The notes below the pieces were generated by a model. The model had not been told where the DNA came from. It searched no databases and was given only the letters and a program-made list of their open reading frames with translations. From Mobula birostris (lineage: Eukaryota), in NCBI RefSeq assembly GCF_030028105.1, contig NC_092371.1, forward strand, positions 96,065,064-96,129,063: DNA of 64,000 nt. Reading direction: 5' to 3'. Shown in pieces: positions 1 through 13,160 of this stretch (the first letter of the stretch is position 1; every line of letters starts with the position of its first letter). A program made the position numbers and the translations under genes.

Positions 1-119
1 AACGTTTCAGGTCGGAGATGCGACATCAGAACAGAAACCTTACCTCTGTTTGAATACCCACAGTTGCGACCCGATTTGCTGAGATTTCCCAGCATTTTCT
101 GTTTTTATTTTTGGTTTTG

Positions 120-290
120 TGTTTTTGTAAATTTAGCAAAACAGCACCCCAACAGGCACTTGCCGCCCAAGAAGTCCATGCCGCCCAATTATGTCAATTG
201 ACCAATTAACCTACTAATCCGTATATTGTTGGACTGTGGGAGGAAATCGGTGCACCCGGAGGAAACCTGAGCAATTACGCGTGAAAAATG
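120..290 (-). mobile_element. V-SINE (HE1-like) fragment
   Basis: GGACTGTGGGAGGAAATCGGTGCACCCGGAGGAAACC is the reverse complement of the V-domain core also seen at about 29.5, 37.5, 40.7 and 46.4 kb. Confidence 0.75.
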
Positions 291-654
291 CAGACTCCTT
301 ATCGTGCCATCCCAAACATCTGCAGTTCTTTTTAAAATAAATTTCGGACGGGATTATATTCCAGGAGGAATTATGAATTTAAATAAAAGTGAGAAAAAAT
401 TGAGAACGATGACATTAACCTTCTAAAATTGTGAAATACCAGATATGCTACAGCAGACGGCCAAAGATAGATATTCTTTTAAGGAAAACAACAGGAAGAG
501 TGAATCGGGTCACAACATAAGCAAGGAGTGTACTATTCACTGTAATCCTTATTAACGAACACATTGAATACAAGTTCGAGGAACTTTTGGACAGCAATAA
601 AGATACAAAGTTAGACTTCTCAGTGCTGCAGACGGAGGCTCCTGCCTACTGAGT

Positions 655-1535
655 GTTCAAAGGTTCATTTTATTGCCATGTACAATACAACTCTGATATT
701 CGTCTTCAGATAGTCATAAAATACAGAGAAACCATTGGAATTGTTGAAAGAAAGGACACCACTCCTCCCCGCTCCCACCACACCCCTCCCCCGGCACGAA
801 AAAGAAATAGAAACAAAACTGGAAAACCCCGAGCTTCCCTCCCTCACAGAGAAAATTCAGCGACAATAGCACCAAACCCCCGACCCCCTCTCTTTCCCAC
901 ACAAACTAACAGATCGTCCACACAGAAGAACGCCAACAAGAAAATCGGACTCCAAATTCCCAGCTACCCCCCTCACAAAAACTAACATATCACCCACCCG
1001 CCAATCTGCCACAAGAAAGAAAACACCGAAAATTTGAAGCAGACCAATATAGAGTTCAACAATCACATAAATCTCAGAATATAGAAAACATCTTCCCTCA
1101 GCATTCGAGGAGGGCGGCCGCATGAACTCAGTCCTTCCGTGAAGAGCGACCGCTACGGCGGTATCAGTTGAGTGGGATCGCTGACGCCCTTCACCTTCGC
1201 CTCGATGATTCAATCTTCCCCGACGCTTCGAAATGGAGTCATTCATGCCCCGCGCCTCATCTCTGGCCTTTTCCACGAATCAGCTCGTGTTCTCGGTCCT
1301 TTTCGCGTCTCTGTCTCTGGTCCTGCCCACGAGGCAGCTCACCAGATACAGCAGAGCGCAAGATCATTCGATCGAATTCCAAACTGCGTGTCACGGGCTC
1401 CGACAGTTTCCGTAACAGAATCAAGACAAATGAACAAGCAGAAGACGTAGAGGACGTGAAATAATTAAAGTCATTGGCTATCAGAAGGATGTCGCCGGAG
1501 GAATCTTTGTTCGCTGGCGCCATCTTGACCGGAAG
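655..1535 (-). mobile_element. Non-autonomous non-LTR retroelement with CpG-rich head and Rex/L2-like tail
   Basis: The minus strand begins CTTCCGGTCAAGATGGCGCC and ends GCAATAAAATGAACCTTTGAAC. No credible ORF. Confidence 0.55.
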
Positions 1536-3648
1536 AGTCAAGATGTTTCAAGTTTACTGCAATTCCATATTATTTATTGCTAAGAAATCGTGCTTTTTGC
1601 TTAAAATCTTCTCCAATCCTTCGGTAGTGTTGTTTATGTTTCATTTACAAAATTTGGCCTCGATACTGTGACATTGGAGAAAAACGTTAACCGCACAGTA
1701 CTGGTTCCTCAGTGATTTCGGAATGTGGTTTCTAAGATATCAAATATAACATTAGAATTAATGCTATCATTCCCAGTTCGTGCCCTGACAACAATATGTG
1801 AACAACGCGGTGTCGCATTTTCTTGGTTCAGTCTCTCGCGTATCCTGCGTTGGAAGAGATTTGTAGCGAAATGTTTCGTGCTTTTAGTCGACATCTGCTG
1901 TGCATAAGTATTCTGACCACACGAAGCTCTGTCCTAGAAGTGATCATTCTGTAAAGAGTTTCAGGTAGAATTTCATTTTTATTTTTCATTAACAATGATG
2001 TCACGACACAGTTTATTTTAAGAAATATTAGAAGACTGAAATGGCAAAGAAAACAAACAAAGCCTTGGAAAAGGCTTAAATAATTGAATATTGCATTAAA
2101 TAATTTTTATTCGTTCTTTTAAGAACGAAAGTTCATAAGGAGGGCAGATATAGGAGCCATTCTACCTACATATCACATCCATGATCGAATTCTAGTCATA
2201 CAAGATCATTTTGTTAGTGGGCTTGTCATCGTGCGCAGTTTGGGAGAACATTTGTTTTATTACCTGCTTAAGACTTTGCAATTAAGAAACAAACCAAAAC
2301 CAAAACAAAAACAAAAAAGAACTCTGGAGTCGATGTTCCGGGTCGAGACATTCCATCTGGAATGTTTTTCCCTTAACAGGTGTTGCCGGAGCCACAAGTT
2401 TCCGCCAGCAGTTTGTTCATTTTTGTTGCAATAAAAAAGACACGCGCTGCGAAATGTCTCACCACCTATTATTAGAAACACAGAAACATAGAAAACCTAC
2501 AGCACAATACAGGCCCTTCGGCCCACAAAGCTCTGCCGAACATATCCTTACCTTAGAAATTATCTGGGGTTACGCATAGCCCCCTATTTTTCTAAGCTCC
2601 ATGTACCTGTCCAGGAGTCTCTTAAAAGATCCTACCGTATCCGCCTCCACCACCGTCGCCTACAGCCCATTCCACGCACTTACCACTCTCTACGTAAAGA
2701 AACTTTTCCCTGATATCTCCTCTGTACCTACTTCCAAACACCTTAAAACTGTGACCCCTCGTGCTAGCCATTTCAGCCCTGGGAAAAAGCCTCTGACTAT
2801 CCACACGATCAATGCCTCTCATCATCGTATACAAATCTATCAGGTCACCTCTCATCCTCCGTCGCTCCAAGGAAAAAAGACCGAATTCCCTCAACCTATT
2901 CTCATAAGGCACGCTCCCCAATCCAGGCAACATCATTGTAAATCGCTTTTGCACCCTTTATATGGTTTCCACATGTTTCCTGTAGTGAAGTGACCAGAAC
3001 TGAGCACAGTACCACAAGTGGGGTCCGATCAGGGTCTTATATAGCTGCAACATTGCCTCTCGGCTCTTAAACTCAACCCCACGATGGATGAAGGCCAAGG
3101 CACCGTATGCCTTCTTAACCACAGAGTCAACCTGCGCAGCAGCTTTGAGTGTCCTATGGATTCGGACCCCAAGATCCCTCTGATCCTCCACACTGCCAGG
3201 AGTCCTACCATTAATACTATATTCTGTCATCATATTTGACCTATCAGAATGAACCTCCTCACACTTATCTGGGTTGAACTCCATCTGCCACTTCTCAGCC
3301 CAGGTTTGCATCCTTTCAATGACCCGTTGTAACCTCCGACAGCCGTCCACACTATCCAAAACAACTCCAACATTTGTGTTATCAGCAAATTGACTAACCC
3401 ATCCCTCCACCCATCCAGGTCATTTATAAAAATCACGAGGAGTAGCGATCCCAGAACAAATGCCTGAGGCACACCACTGGTCACCGACCTCCATGCAGAA
3501 TATGACCCGTCTACAACCACTCTTTGCCTTCTGTGGGAAAGCCAGTTCTTGATCCACAAAGCTAGGTCCTCTTAGATCCCATGCCTCCTTACCTTCTCAA
3601 TAAGCCTTGTATGGGTTCCTTATCAAATGCTTTGCTGAAATCCATATA

Positions 3649-6601
3649 CAAGGGTATGCAAAAGTTTGGGCACCCCTGGTCAAAATTTCTGTTACTGTGA
3701 ATAGTTAAGTGAGTAGAAGATGAACTGATCTCCAAAAGTCATAAAGTTAAAATTGAAATATTCTTTTCAGTATTTTAAGCAAGGTTAGTGTATTATTTTC
3801 GTTTTGTACAATTTTAGAGTGAAAAGAAGGAAAGGAGTGCCATGCAAAAGTTTGGGCACCACAAGAGGTTTGAGCTCTCAGACAATTTTTACCAAGGTCT
3901 CAAACATTAATTACCTTGTTAGGGCTATGGCCTGTTCACAATCATCGTTAGGAAAGACCAGGTTACGCAAATTTCAAAGCTTTATAAATACCCTGACTCC
4001 TCAAACCTTGTCCCAACAAACAGCCGCCATGGGTTCCTCTAAGCAGCAGCCTAGCACTCTGAAAATTAAAAGAATTGATGTCCACAAAGCAGAAGAAGGC
4101 TATAAGAAGATAGCAAAGCGTTTTCAGGTAGCTGTTTCCTCAGTTTGTAATGTAATTAAGAAATGGCAGTTAACAGCAACGGTGGAGGTCAAGTTGAGGT
4201 CTGGAAGACCAAGAAAACTTTACAAGAGAAATGCTCATAGGATTGCTAGAAAGGCAAATCAAAACCCTCTTTTGACTGCAAAAGACCTTCAGGAAAATTT
4301 AGCAGACTCTGGAGTGGTGGTGCACTGTTCTACTGTGCAGCAACATCTGCACAAATATGTCCTTCATGGAAGAGTCATCAGAAGAAAATCTTTCCTGCTT
4401 CCTCACCAAAAAATTCAGCGTCAGAAGTTTGCAAAGAAACATCTAAACAAGCCTGATGCATTTTGGAAACATGCGGATTGATGAAGTTAAAATAGAACTT
4501 TTTCGCTGCAATGAGCAAAGGTATGTTTGGAGATAAAAGGGTGCAGAATTTCATGAAAAGAACACTTCTCCAACTGTTAAGCACGGGTGTGATCGATCAT
4601 GCTTTGGGATTGTGTTGCAGCCAGTGGTACGGGGAACATTTCACTGGTAGAGGGAAGAATGAATTCAATTAAGAACCAGCAAATTGTGGAAGCAAACATC
4701 ACACCGTCTGTAAAAAAGCTGAAGAGGAAAACAGGATGGCTTCTACAACAGGATAATGATCCTAAAGACACCTCAAAGGCCACAATGAACTACATTAAGA
4801 GGCACAAGCTGAAGGTTTTGCCACGGTCCTCACAGTCCCCCGACCTAAACATAATCGAAAATAGAAACATAAAAAAACATAGAAAATAGATGCAGGAGTA
4901 GGCCTTTCAGCCCTTTGAGCCTGCACCGCTATTCATTATTATCATGGCTGATCATCCAACTCAGAACCCTGTACCAGCCTTCCCTCCATACCCACTGATT
5001 CCTTTAGCCACAAGGGCCTTATCTAACTCCCTCTTAAATATAGCCAATGAACTGGCCTCAGCTGTATCCTGTGGCAGAGAATTCCACAGATTCACCACTC
5101 TCTGTGTGAAGAAGTTTTTCCTCACCTCGGTCCCAAAAGGGTTCACCTTTATCCTGAAACTGTGACCCCTCGTTCTGGACTTCCCCAACATCGGGAACAA
5201 TCTTCCTGCATCTAGCCTGTCCAATCCCTTTAGAATTTTATACGTTTTAATCAGATCCCCCCTCAGTCTTCTAGATTCCAGAGAGTATAAGCCTAGTCGA
5301 TCCAGTCTTTCAACATATGAAAGTCCTGCCATCCCAGGAATCAATCTGGTGAACCTTCTTTGTACCCCCTCTATGGCAAGAATGTCTTTCCTCAGATTAG
5401 GGAACCAAAACTGCACACAATACTCCAGGTGTGGTCTCACCAAGGCCTTGCACAACTGCAGTAGAACCTCCCTGCTCCTGTACTCGAATCCTCTTGCTAT
5501 GAATGCCAGCATACCATTCGCCTTTTTCACCACCTGCTGTACCTGCATGCCAACTTTCAATGACTGGTGTACAATGACACCCAGGTCTCGTTGCACCTCC
5601 CCTTTTCCTAATTGGCCACCATTCAGATAATAATCTGTTTTCCTGTTCTTGCCACCAAAGTGGATAACCCCACATTTATCCACATTAAATTGCATCTGCC
5701 ATGAACCTGCTCACCCACCTAACCTATCCAAGTCACCCTGCATCCTCTTAGCATTCTCCTCACAGCTAACACTGCTGCCCAGCTTCGTGTCATCCGCAAA
5801 CTTGGAGATGCTGCATTTAATTCCCTCTTCTAAATCATTAATATATATTGTGAACAACTGGGGTCCCAGCACTGAGCCTTGCGGTACCCCACTAGTCACT
5901 GCCTGCCATTCTGAAAAGGTCCCGTTTATTCCCACTCTTTGCTTCCTGTCTGTCAACGAATTCTCTATCCACATCACTACCATACCCCCAATACCGTGTG
6001 CTTTAAGTTTGCACACTAATCTCCTGTGTGGGACCTTGTCAAAAGCCTTTTGAAAATCCAAATATACCACATCCACTGGTTCTCCCCTATCCACTCTACT
6101 AGTTACATCCTCAAAAAATTGTATGATATTCGTCAGACATGATTTTCCTTTCACAAATCCATGCTGACTTTGTCCGTGGATAGACCTCGAAGAGCCGTGC
6201 ATGCAAGACGGCCCAAGAATCTCACAGAACTAGAAGCTTTTTGCAAGGAAGAATGAGTGAAAATCCCTCAAACAAGAATTGAAAGACTCTTAGCTAGTTA
6301 CAGAAAGCGTTTACAAGCTGTGATACTTGCCAAAGGGGGTGTTAGTGAGTACTGATCATTGGTGTTACTAAGTACTGACCATGCAGGGTGCCCAAACTTT
6401 TGCTTCGGGCTCTTTTCCTTTTTTTTCTTATTTTGAAACTGTAAAAGATGGAAATAAAAAAAAGTAACCTTGCTTAAAATATTAAAGAAATGTGTCATCT
6501 TTAACTTTATGCCTTTTGGAAATCAGGTCATTTTTACTCGCTTAGCTATTCACAGTAACAGAAATTTTGACCAGGGGTGCCCATACTTTTGCATGCCACT
6601 G
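3649..6601 (+). mobile_element. Tc1/mariner DD34E transposon (IR/DR type), defective
   Basis: TA duplication at 3647-3648 and 6602-6603. About 200-bp TIRs with inner repeats (AAAAGTTTGGGCACC about 3847; GGTGCCCAAACTTTT about 6388). Transposase from ATG 4029 with GRPRK, QQDND and SPDLNIIEN, 34 residues between D and E; frameshifted. Confidence 0.95.
4862..6177 (-). mobile_element. CR1 LINE 3-prime fragment nested in the Tc1 transposase
   Basis: 244-aa RT C-terminal ORF 4961-5695, plus YLDFQKAFD and FADD in 5711-6202. The Tc1 sequence resumes GTGGATAGACCTC at about 6177. Confidence 0.93.
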
Positions 6602-8153
6602 TACACTACATCTACTGCTCTGCCATCATCAATGTGTTTAGTCACATCCTCAAAAACATCAGTCTGGCTCGTAAGGCACGACTTGCCTTTGACAAAGCCA
6701 TGCTGGCTATTCCTAATCATATTATGCCTCTCCAAATGTTCATAAATCCTGCCCCTCAGGATATTCTCCATCAACTTACCAACCATTGAAGTAAGACTCA
6801 CTGGTCTATAATTTCCTGGGCTATCTCTACTCCCTTTCTTGAATAATGGAAAAACATCAGCACCCTCCAATGCTCCCGAACTCTCCCGTCCTCATTGATG
6901 ATGCAAAGATCATCGCCAGAGGCTCAGCAATCTCCCCCCTTGGCTCCCACAGTAGCCTTGGGTCCATCCCGTCCGGTCCCGGTGACTTATCCAACCTGTT
7001 GCTTTCCAAGAGCTCCAGCACATCCTCTTCCTTAATGTCTACATGCTCAAGCTTTTCAATCTGCTGCAAGTCATCCCTACAATTGCCATGATCCTCTTCC
7101 GTAGTGAATACTGAAGCAAAGTACTGATTAAGTACCTTTGCTATCTCATCCACTTCCATACACACTTTTCCAATGTCACACTTACGAATTATTTTCCTAA
7201 GTCTATTACCAGTGCCGCAATTCCATAATTAACTCCAATGGTAATAAAGAAATAACGATAGATTTCCAAACCACAGCGAGATGTGAATGTTATTTTCCAC
7301 TTGAAGCGCATGTCCTCTTGGGCCTTTAGATTCTGCTGGTATCATATTCCTGGGAATATTTTCTATGTTCTAGACTATATTTTCCCTGACTGTATTGGAA
7401 TATGTTTTGAGTGCATCTCTTTATAAGGTGGGTTAATGCCTGTAGGATCCCAGACGAATTTCTCCTAAGCAGAAGAATGCAACTTTTACATACATAAGGT
7501 TAACAACTAGGCAATTTGTGTTTAGTGGTTTGGTTTAAAGCAGAAATTTCCCAAAGCACAAAATAATTCACTGATGACCGTACAACACCCTACTCGCTTG
7601 TGGCGACAGCACATCTCACCAAGAGTCAGTTTAAAAAATAAATAATCTTTATAGCATCCTGGAATAGATCCAGAAGACTGGAAAATTGCAAATGTCACTC
7701 CTGTATTCAAGAAGGGAGAGAGGCAGAAGAAAGGAAATTGTAGGCCAGTTAGTCTGACCTCAGTGCTTGGAAGATGTTGGAGTCGATTGTTAAGGATGAG
7801 GTCTCAGGGTCACCCAAGGGAATGGTTTCCTCAAGGGAAAATCTTGCCTGACAGATCTGTTGGAATCCTTTGAAGAATTAGTAGGCAGGTTATACAAAAG
7901 AGAATCAGTTGATGCTGGGTTCTGGATTTTCAGAAGGCCTTTGACAAGGTGCCACACACGAGGCTGCGTAACAGTATTGACGGTATTGATGGCTTCGTTG
8001 CAAATTTTTTAAATGATACGAAGATAGATGGAGCAACGGGTAGTTTAGTGGAAGTAGAGAGGCTACAGAAGGATTTAGACAGATTAGGTGAACAGACAAT
8101 GAAGTGGCAGATGGAATACTGTGTCGGGAAGTGTATCGTCAATGCACTTTGGT

Positions 8154-8495
8154 CATCGTGGCTATCCCTCGAGGTCGAGGATGATGGTCTCCATTCTGAA
8201 GTGGCCCACAGAGTGAAGACGCCTGTGCGTGTATTTGTTTAACGTGTACTTGATGTTGCACTCCAAGAAACACACGATACTTCACAAATCTACCAACTGA
8301 TTCCAATGGCATGGAAACCACGACGATTGAAGCTGATGGATTTCGTGCAGCCTTCATCCGCCTTCACAGCCGTTGAGTTCGAAGTAACTTCATCCGCCTG
8401 TTCAACCGTTGAGGTCTTGGTTGGATTGTTCTTTGTCAGGGACCTTACCCTCGACCTTAGCGCCATGGGTGAACCTACTAGGAGCATAGCTAAAT
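8154..8495 (-). mobile_element. Short RTE-derived retroelement
   Basis: 9-bp TSD CACTTTGGT at 8145-8153 and 8496-8504. RTE assignment is from recalled similarity of the terminus only. Confidence 0.65.
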
Positions 8496-8682
8496 CACTT
8501 TGGTAGTGATTTTCTAATTGGAGAAAAATCTTTAAAAATCTGTAGTGCAAAGGCACTTGGGAGTCCTTGTGAAGGATTCCCTAAAGGTTAATTTGCAGAC
8601 CGAGTCAGTGACGAGGAGAGCAAATGCGATGTTGGCTTTCATTTCAAGAAGACTAGACTATAAAATGAAAGATTTATTTAAT

Positions 8683-9392
8683 GGAGGGGAGGAGAAGATG
8701 GCGGCGTGACGCAGCGCGCGCGGCCCTCCGTATTGACATGGTATTTGTTAAATAGGGGCCGTGCACAATCCTGATTTGATGGAGACAGACGTGAGAAGCA
8801 CGGAGGAACATCTGGAGAAATTTCTGAAATGCCTGCTTCGCTGCCGCTGCTACCGTGCAATCGAGAATCTCTGGAGGGAAGGCCTCAAATCCTTGGCTTT
8901 GCCTATTGCCTGTTGCCGGGGCCGGGGTCGAAGCGCTCGGCAGAGATGGTGCTCGGTGCTCGGTGTCGGAGGGCTGGTCGGAAGCACGAAGTTTTTGGAT
9001 GGACTCAGAGCCGGACTGTGGTCAGGTGCTTCCAGGATGCTGCATTGGCAAATTTGCGGTGCTGGAAGCTCATGGCAGGGAGAGCTTCTCCCTTAAACCA
9101 TCTGTGTGAGATGATGGGACTTTCGAGAGACTTTGAGACTTTTTTTTTACCGTGTCCATGGTCTGTTCTTCATCTAATTACAGTATTGCTTTGTACTGTT
9201 GTAACTATATGTTATAATTATGTGGTTTCTGTCAGTTTTTTTTTTAGTGTTGGTTTGTCTTGTGTTTCTGTGGTATCATTCTGGAGGAACAAATTGTATC
9301 ATTTCTTAATGCATGCATTACTAAATGACAATAAATGAGGACTGCGTGTCCTCATAATTTTACCTAATCTAATCTAATCTAATCTAATCTAA
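8683..9392 (+). mobile_element. Non-autonomous non-LTR retroelement with (AATCT)n tail
   Basis: Interrupts CR1. CpG-rich head with AAGATGGCG 8695-8703; ends ACAATAAA...(TAATC)x5. Confidence 0.75.
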
Positions 9393-9562
9393 TGATGAAG
9401 CTTGGCCTCACTTGCAGTATTGTGAGTAGTTTTGGGTTCCTTATCTTAGAAAGGATGTGCTCACACTGGAGAGGGTTCAAAGGAGGATCACGAAAATGGG
9501 TCCAGGATTGAATGGCTTGACGTATGAAGAAGGTTTGATGCCGCTTGGCCTGTAGTCACTAG

Positions 9563-9792
9563 GGAGGGGGAACATTGACTCAGACCATGAGAGGCCTGCG
9601 TCGGGCATTTTCATGCCTTACAAGGCACAGATTCGAAGTCTGCGTGGGGCACCACTCCTCGCAGAGACACTAGAGCAATGTGTGCTTAAGTGCCTTGCTC
9701 AAGGACACAAACATGCTGCCACAGCTGAGGCTCGAACTAGAGACCTTCAGATCACTAGAGAACGCCTTAACCACTTGGCCACGTGCCCAACA
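9563..9792 (-). mobile_element. tRNA-derived CORE-like SINE
   Basis: TSD CACTAG at 9557-9562 and 9793-9798. The minus strand has A box TGGCCAAGTGG, B box GTTCGAGCC and GTGTCCTTGAGCAAGGCACTTAA. The same head occurs on + at about 49140-49205. Confidence 0.82.
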
Positions 9793-10559
9793 CACTAGAG
9801 TAAGAAGAATGATGGGGAAATCTAATTGGAACCTATAGAAAGTTGAAAGGCTTCGATAAAGTGGATGTGGAGAGGATATTTCCTATGGTGGGAGAGTCTA
9901 AAACCAGAGGACACAGCCTCAGAATAGAGAGGCATGATTTTAGAACAGAGATGAGGAGGAATTACTTTCGCTAGAGAGTGGTGAATCAGTGGAATTCTTT
10001 GCTACTGGCGGCTGTGGAAGACAATAATTTACGTATATTTAAGGCCGAGGTTGATAGATTCTTGATTGTTCAGGGCATGAAAGGATACAGGGAGAAGGCA
10101 GGAGATTGAGGCTGAGAGGATAAATGGATCAGCAATGATGAAATTGTAGAGCAGACTCAATGGGCCAAATGGCCTAATTCTGCTCCTATATCTTTATGGT
10201 CTTATGGTCAAGACCAATAGGAGTGTGGAAGAAAGTGTTCCAGTCTGATAACGGCATGGCTCCCAGGTGTGAAGATTCAGCCACGGGATTCTTTTCTCGG
10301 AGGTGTGAAAGCAAAATCAGCAAGACTTCAGCAGAGTTGAAAGGCGAGGACAAATTCAGACTCTCCAGGTCTTCTGACTATTCCCAGTGTTTCATTTTGG
10401 GCTTATCTTCCATTGTCGAAAGGCTCACCACTAATATCAACTCTTTGCCACCCGTTCATTCAGTGGAACTGAAGGAGAAAAGTGAGAATAAACTGATAGA
10501 GAAGGGGAGTGCTGGAAAAAGACAAAAAGTTTAGAAAGGGATAAGAATTTAACTTCGGG

Positions 10560-11700
10560 TAACATGGAATCACAATCGAAAAGGCCGCTCAATACGAGAT
10601 TGCAGATGTTATACTTGAATGCAGGCATTATACTGAACAAGTTAGATGATCTTGTAACACAGTTAGAAATGGGCAGGTATGACATTTTGGGCATAACTGA
10701 GCAGAGACTGAAAGAGGATCATAGTTGGGACCCAAGGATGCATCGAAAGGACAAGCGGGTAAGCAGAGGGGGTTGGGTGGCTCTGTTGATAAAAAATAAA
10801 TCAAATCGTTAGTAAGAGGTGACATAGGGTCGGCAAATGTCAAATCCTTGTGACTAGAGTTAAGAGAATTCAAGAGTAAAAAGATCCTGATCGGAGTTAT
10901 ATATGGGCCTCCGAACAGTAGCCAGGATGTGGACTACAAATTACAACGGGAGACAGAAAAGGCATGTGAAAAGGCACTCTAACGACAGCCGTTGGGGATG
11001 TCAGTATGCAGGCAGATTGAGAACATCAGGTCGGTGCTGGATCCCAAGAGAAGGAATTTATAGAATGCACACCAGATGGCGATTTAGAGCTAAGAGTGGT
11101 TGAAGCACAAGGGAAAAGGCAATTCTGGATTGGATTAGAGAGCTTAAGGTTTATGGACCCTTAGGAAGCAGTGATCATAATATGAATAGAGTGCTGAGGC
11201 TTTATAAGGCACTGGTCAGACCGCACTAGGATTATTGTTAGTATTTTTGTGCCCTTTATTTCAGGAGGGATGTACTGGCATTGCAGAGGGTCCTGATGAA
11301 GTTCATGAGAATGAACCCTGGAATGAAAACGTTAACATATGAGGAGCGTTTCACGGCTCTGGGCCTATACATGCTAGAGTTTAGAAGAACGAGGCGGAGA
11401 TGACATTGAAATTTATAGAATATTGAAAGGCCTAGATAGAGTGGATGTGCAGAGGATATCTCCTATAATGGGGAGTCTGGGACCAGAGGGTCTGCACCCT
11501 CAGAATAGAAAGACTTCTCTTCAGAACAGAGATGAGGAACAGTTTTTTTTTAGCCAGCAGGTAGTAAATCTGTGGAATTCATTTCCGCAGACGGCTGTGT
11601 AGGCCAATTCATTGGGTATATTTAAAGCGGATGTTGATGGTTTCTTAATTAGTAAGGGAGTCCGGCTTACGGCGAGAAGACAGGAGAATGGGGTTGAGAG
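10560..11700 (+). mobile_element. Internally deleted CR1 (endonuclease joined to the RT C-terminus)
   Basis: LYLNAG...YDILGITE endonuclease start, followed after about 11190 by RT C-terminal and 3-prime UTR sequence. Confidence 0.82.
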
Positions 11701-12629
11701 TACCTTTCACTGAATGCAAGGAAATCGCTTATTGTATCAGATGGTCCCTGAATTACCTGAATTACACAATTATACATTATCTTCCTGAATCGTTTCATTC
11801 TCATACCTTTACAATAATAGACTCAGAACGTTTTGGATTTCCTTTTATTCTGCAGATGTATCCATTTGAAACAATTTCTGTCTGGATTGCCCTTTCTGTT
11901 CCCCTTTCCAATTCTTTCTACCCGTTCCACTTAAAATTCTAATGTAGTTTGAATTGATAAAACCATTAGCAGACGTCGATTTTCAACGTTTAATCGATGT
12001 TAGCTTTGCATGAAGTAAAAGATATATTTAAACTCCCTGACGCAAAACATAACACACCGTTCGTCTCAGTGCATTAATAATCCTAAACTGATCGAAGTTG
12101 TTTTTCTGGATTTATCATTATGATATTTCTTCCATTGATATTGGTGCTTGTAAGAACTTTACTCGGGAGAATGTCTGCGTCCGGTTTGAAATGCCCACGC
12201 TCGTGCAGCCACGTCAAGCCCCTAAAACCGTAGAAGCAATTTCTCAGGTTGCAGTCTCCAGATCGTTCGCATGTTTGTTCGCTTTTCCAGTACTCCTGCT
12301 GTAAGTGCTATATAAATGTCTCAAATTGCTATTAATATCTGGAGTTACATTAATACTTCTTATGTAATCTCGGCTTTTATGCTCTTTAAAAAGGACGCGC
12401 CGTTTTCCTCTGTGATCCTCACTTGTTCTCCCTTTAACAAAAAGAATTCCAAAAAGTTTTCTAGTATGACTTTTTGAACCTTTATATTTTGTCAGAGGGA
12501 AGGAGAGGATCCGCAATCAGTAAGACATTACATCTTTTCTGTCACGGACCTGAAGGCGATTTTGCAGACATTGTTCTTTATTCCTAGTGCAGCGACGGAT
12601 TTTGCTATTCAAAATTCACAATAAGACCA

Positions 12630-13160
12630 TAATTACATAAGACATAGGAGCAGAATTAAGGCATTTGGCCCATAGGGTTTTCTCCGCCATTCCGTCATGG
12701 CTGATTTATTATCCCTCTCAAACCCATTCTCCTGACTTCTACCCGAACCTTTGACGCCCTGACTAACCAAGAACTATCAATATACTCAATGACTTGGCCT
12801 TCACAATCCTCTGTGGCAATGAATTCCACAGATTCACCACCCTCTGGCTAAAGAAATTCCTCTGTTCTAAAGGGACGCCCATATATCCTGAGGCTGCGCC
12901 CTCCGGTCCGAGACTCCTTTACTCTCGGAAGCACTCTCTCTGCATCCACTCTATCTAAACCTTTCAATATTCAACAAGTTTCAATGGACACCCCTCCTCT
13001 AAATTCCAGCGAGTACAGGCCCAGAGCCATTAGACACTCTTCATACGTTAACTCTTTCATTCTCGGTGTCATTATTGTAAATTTGCTCCCAATGCCAGCA
13101 CATCCTTTCTTAGATAAAGGGTCTAAATGTGCTCGCAATAGTCCATGTGCAGTCTGAAAG
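12630..13160 (-). mobile_element. CR1 3-prime fragment
   Basis: ACATAAGACATAGGAGCAGAATTA tail and similarity to the 3-prime ends of other CR1 copies in the window. Confidence 0.8.

Larger units (their letters stand above)
2478..7185 (-). mobile_element. CR1 LINE, 5-prime truncated, split by a Tc1 insertion (segments 2478-3648 and 6602-7185)
   Basis: RT fragments (FADNT, LFVIFINDL-like, [18 protein letters not shown]) and a CATAGAAA tail near 2478. The flanks rejoin as GAAATCCATA-TA-CACTACATC, as in the uninterrupted copy near 24750. Confidence 0.93.
7640..10207 (+). mobile_element. Older CR1 RT fragment carrying three younger insertions
   Basis: Degenerate RT motifs (WKIANVTP, DFQKAFD) and a TCTTATGG tail at about 10200. 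Confidence 0.85.

Noticed and set aside
4944-6053. Plus-strand ORFs overlapping CR1 RT (similar cases at 52368-53229 and 62411-63546)
   Set aside because: Antisense shadows of the RT frame.
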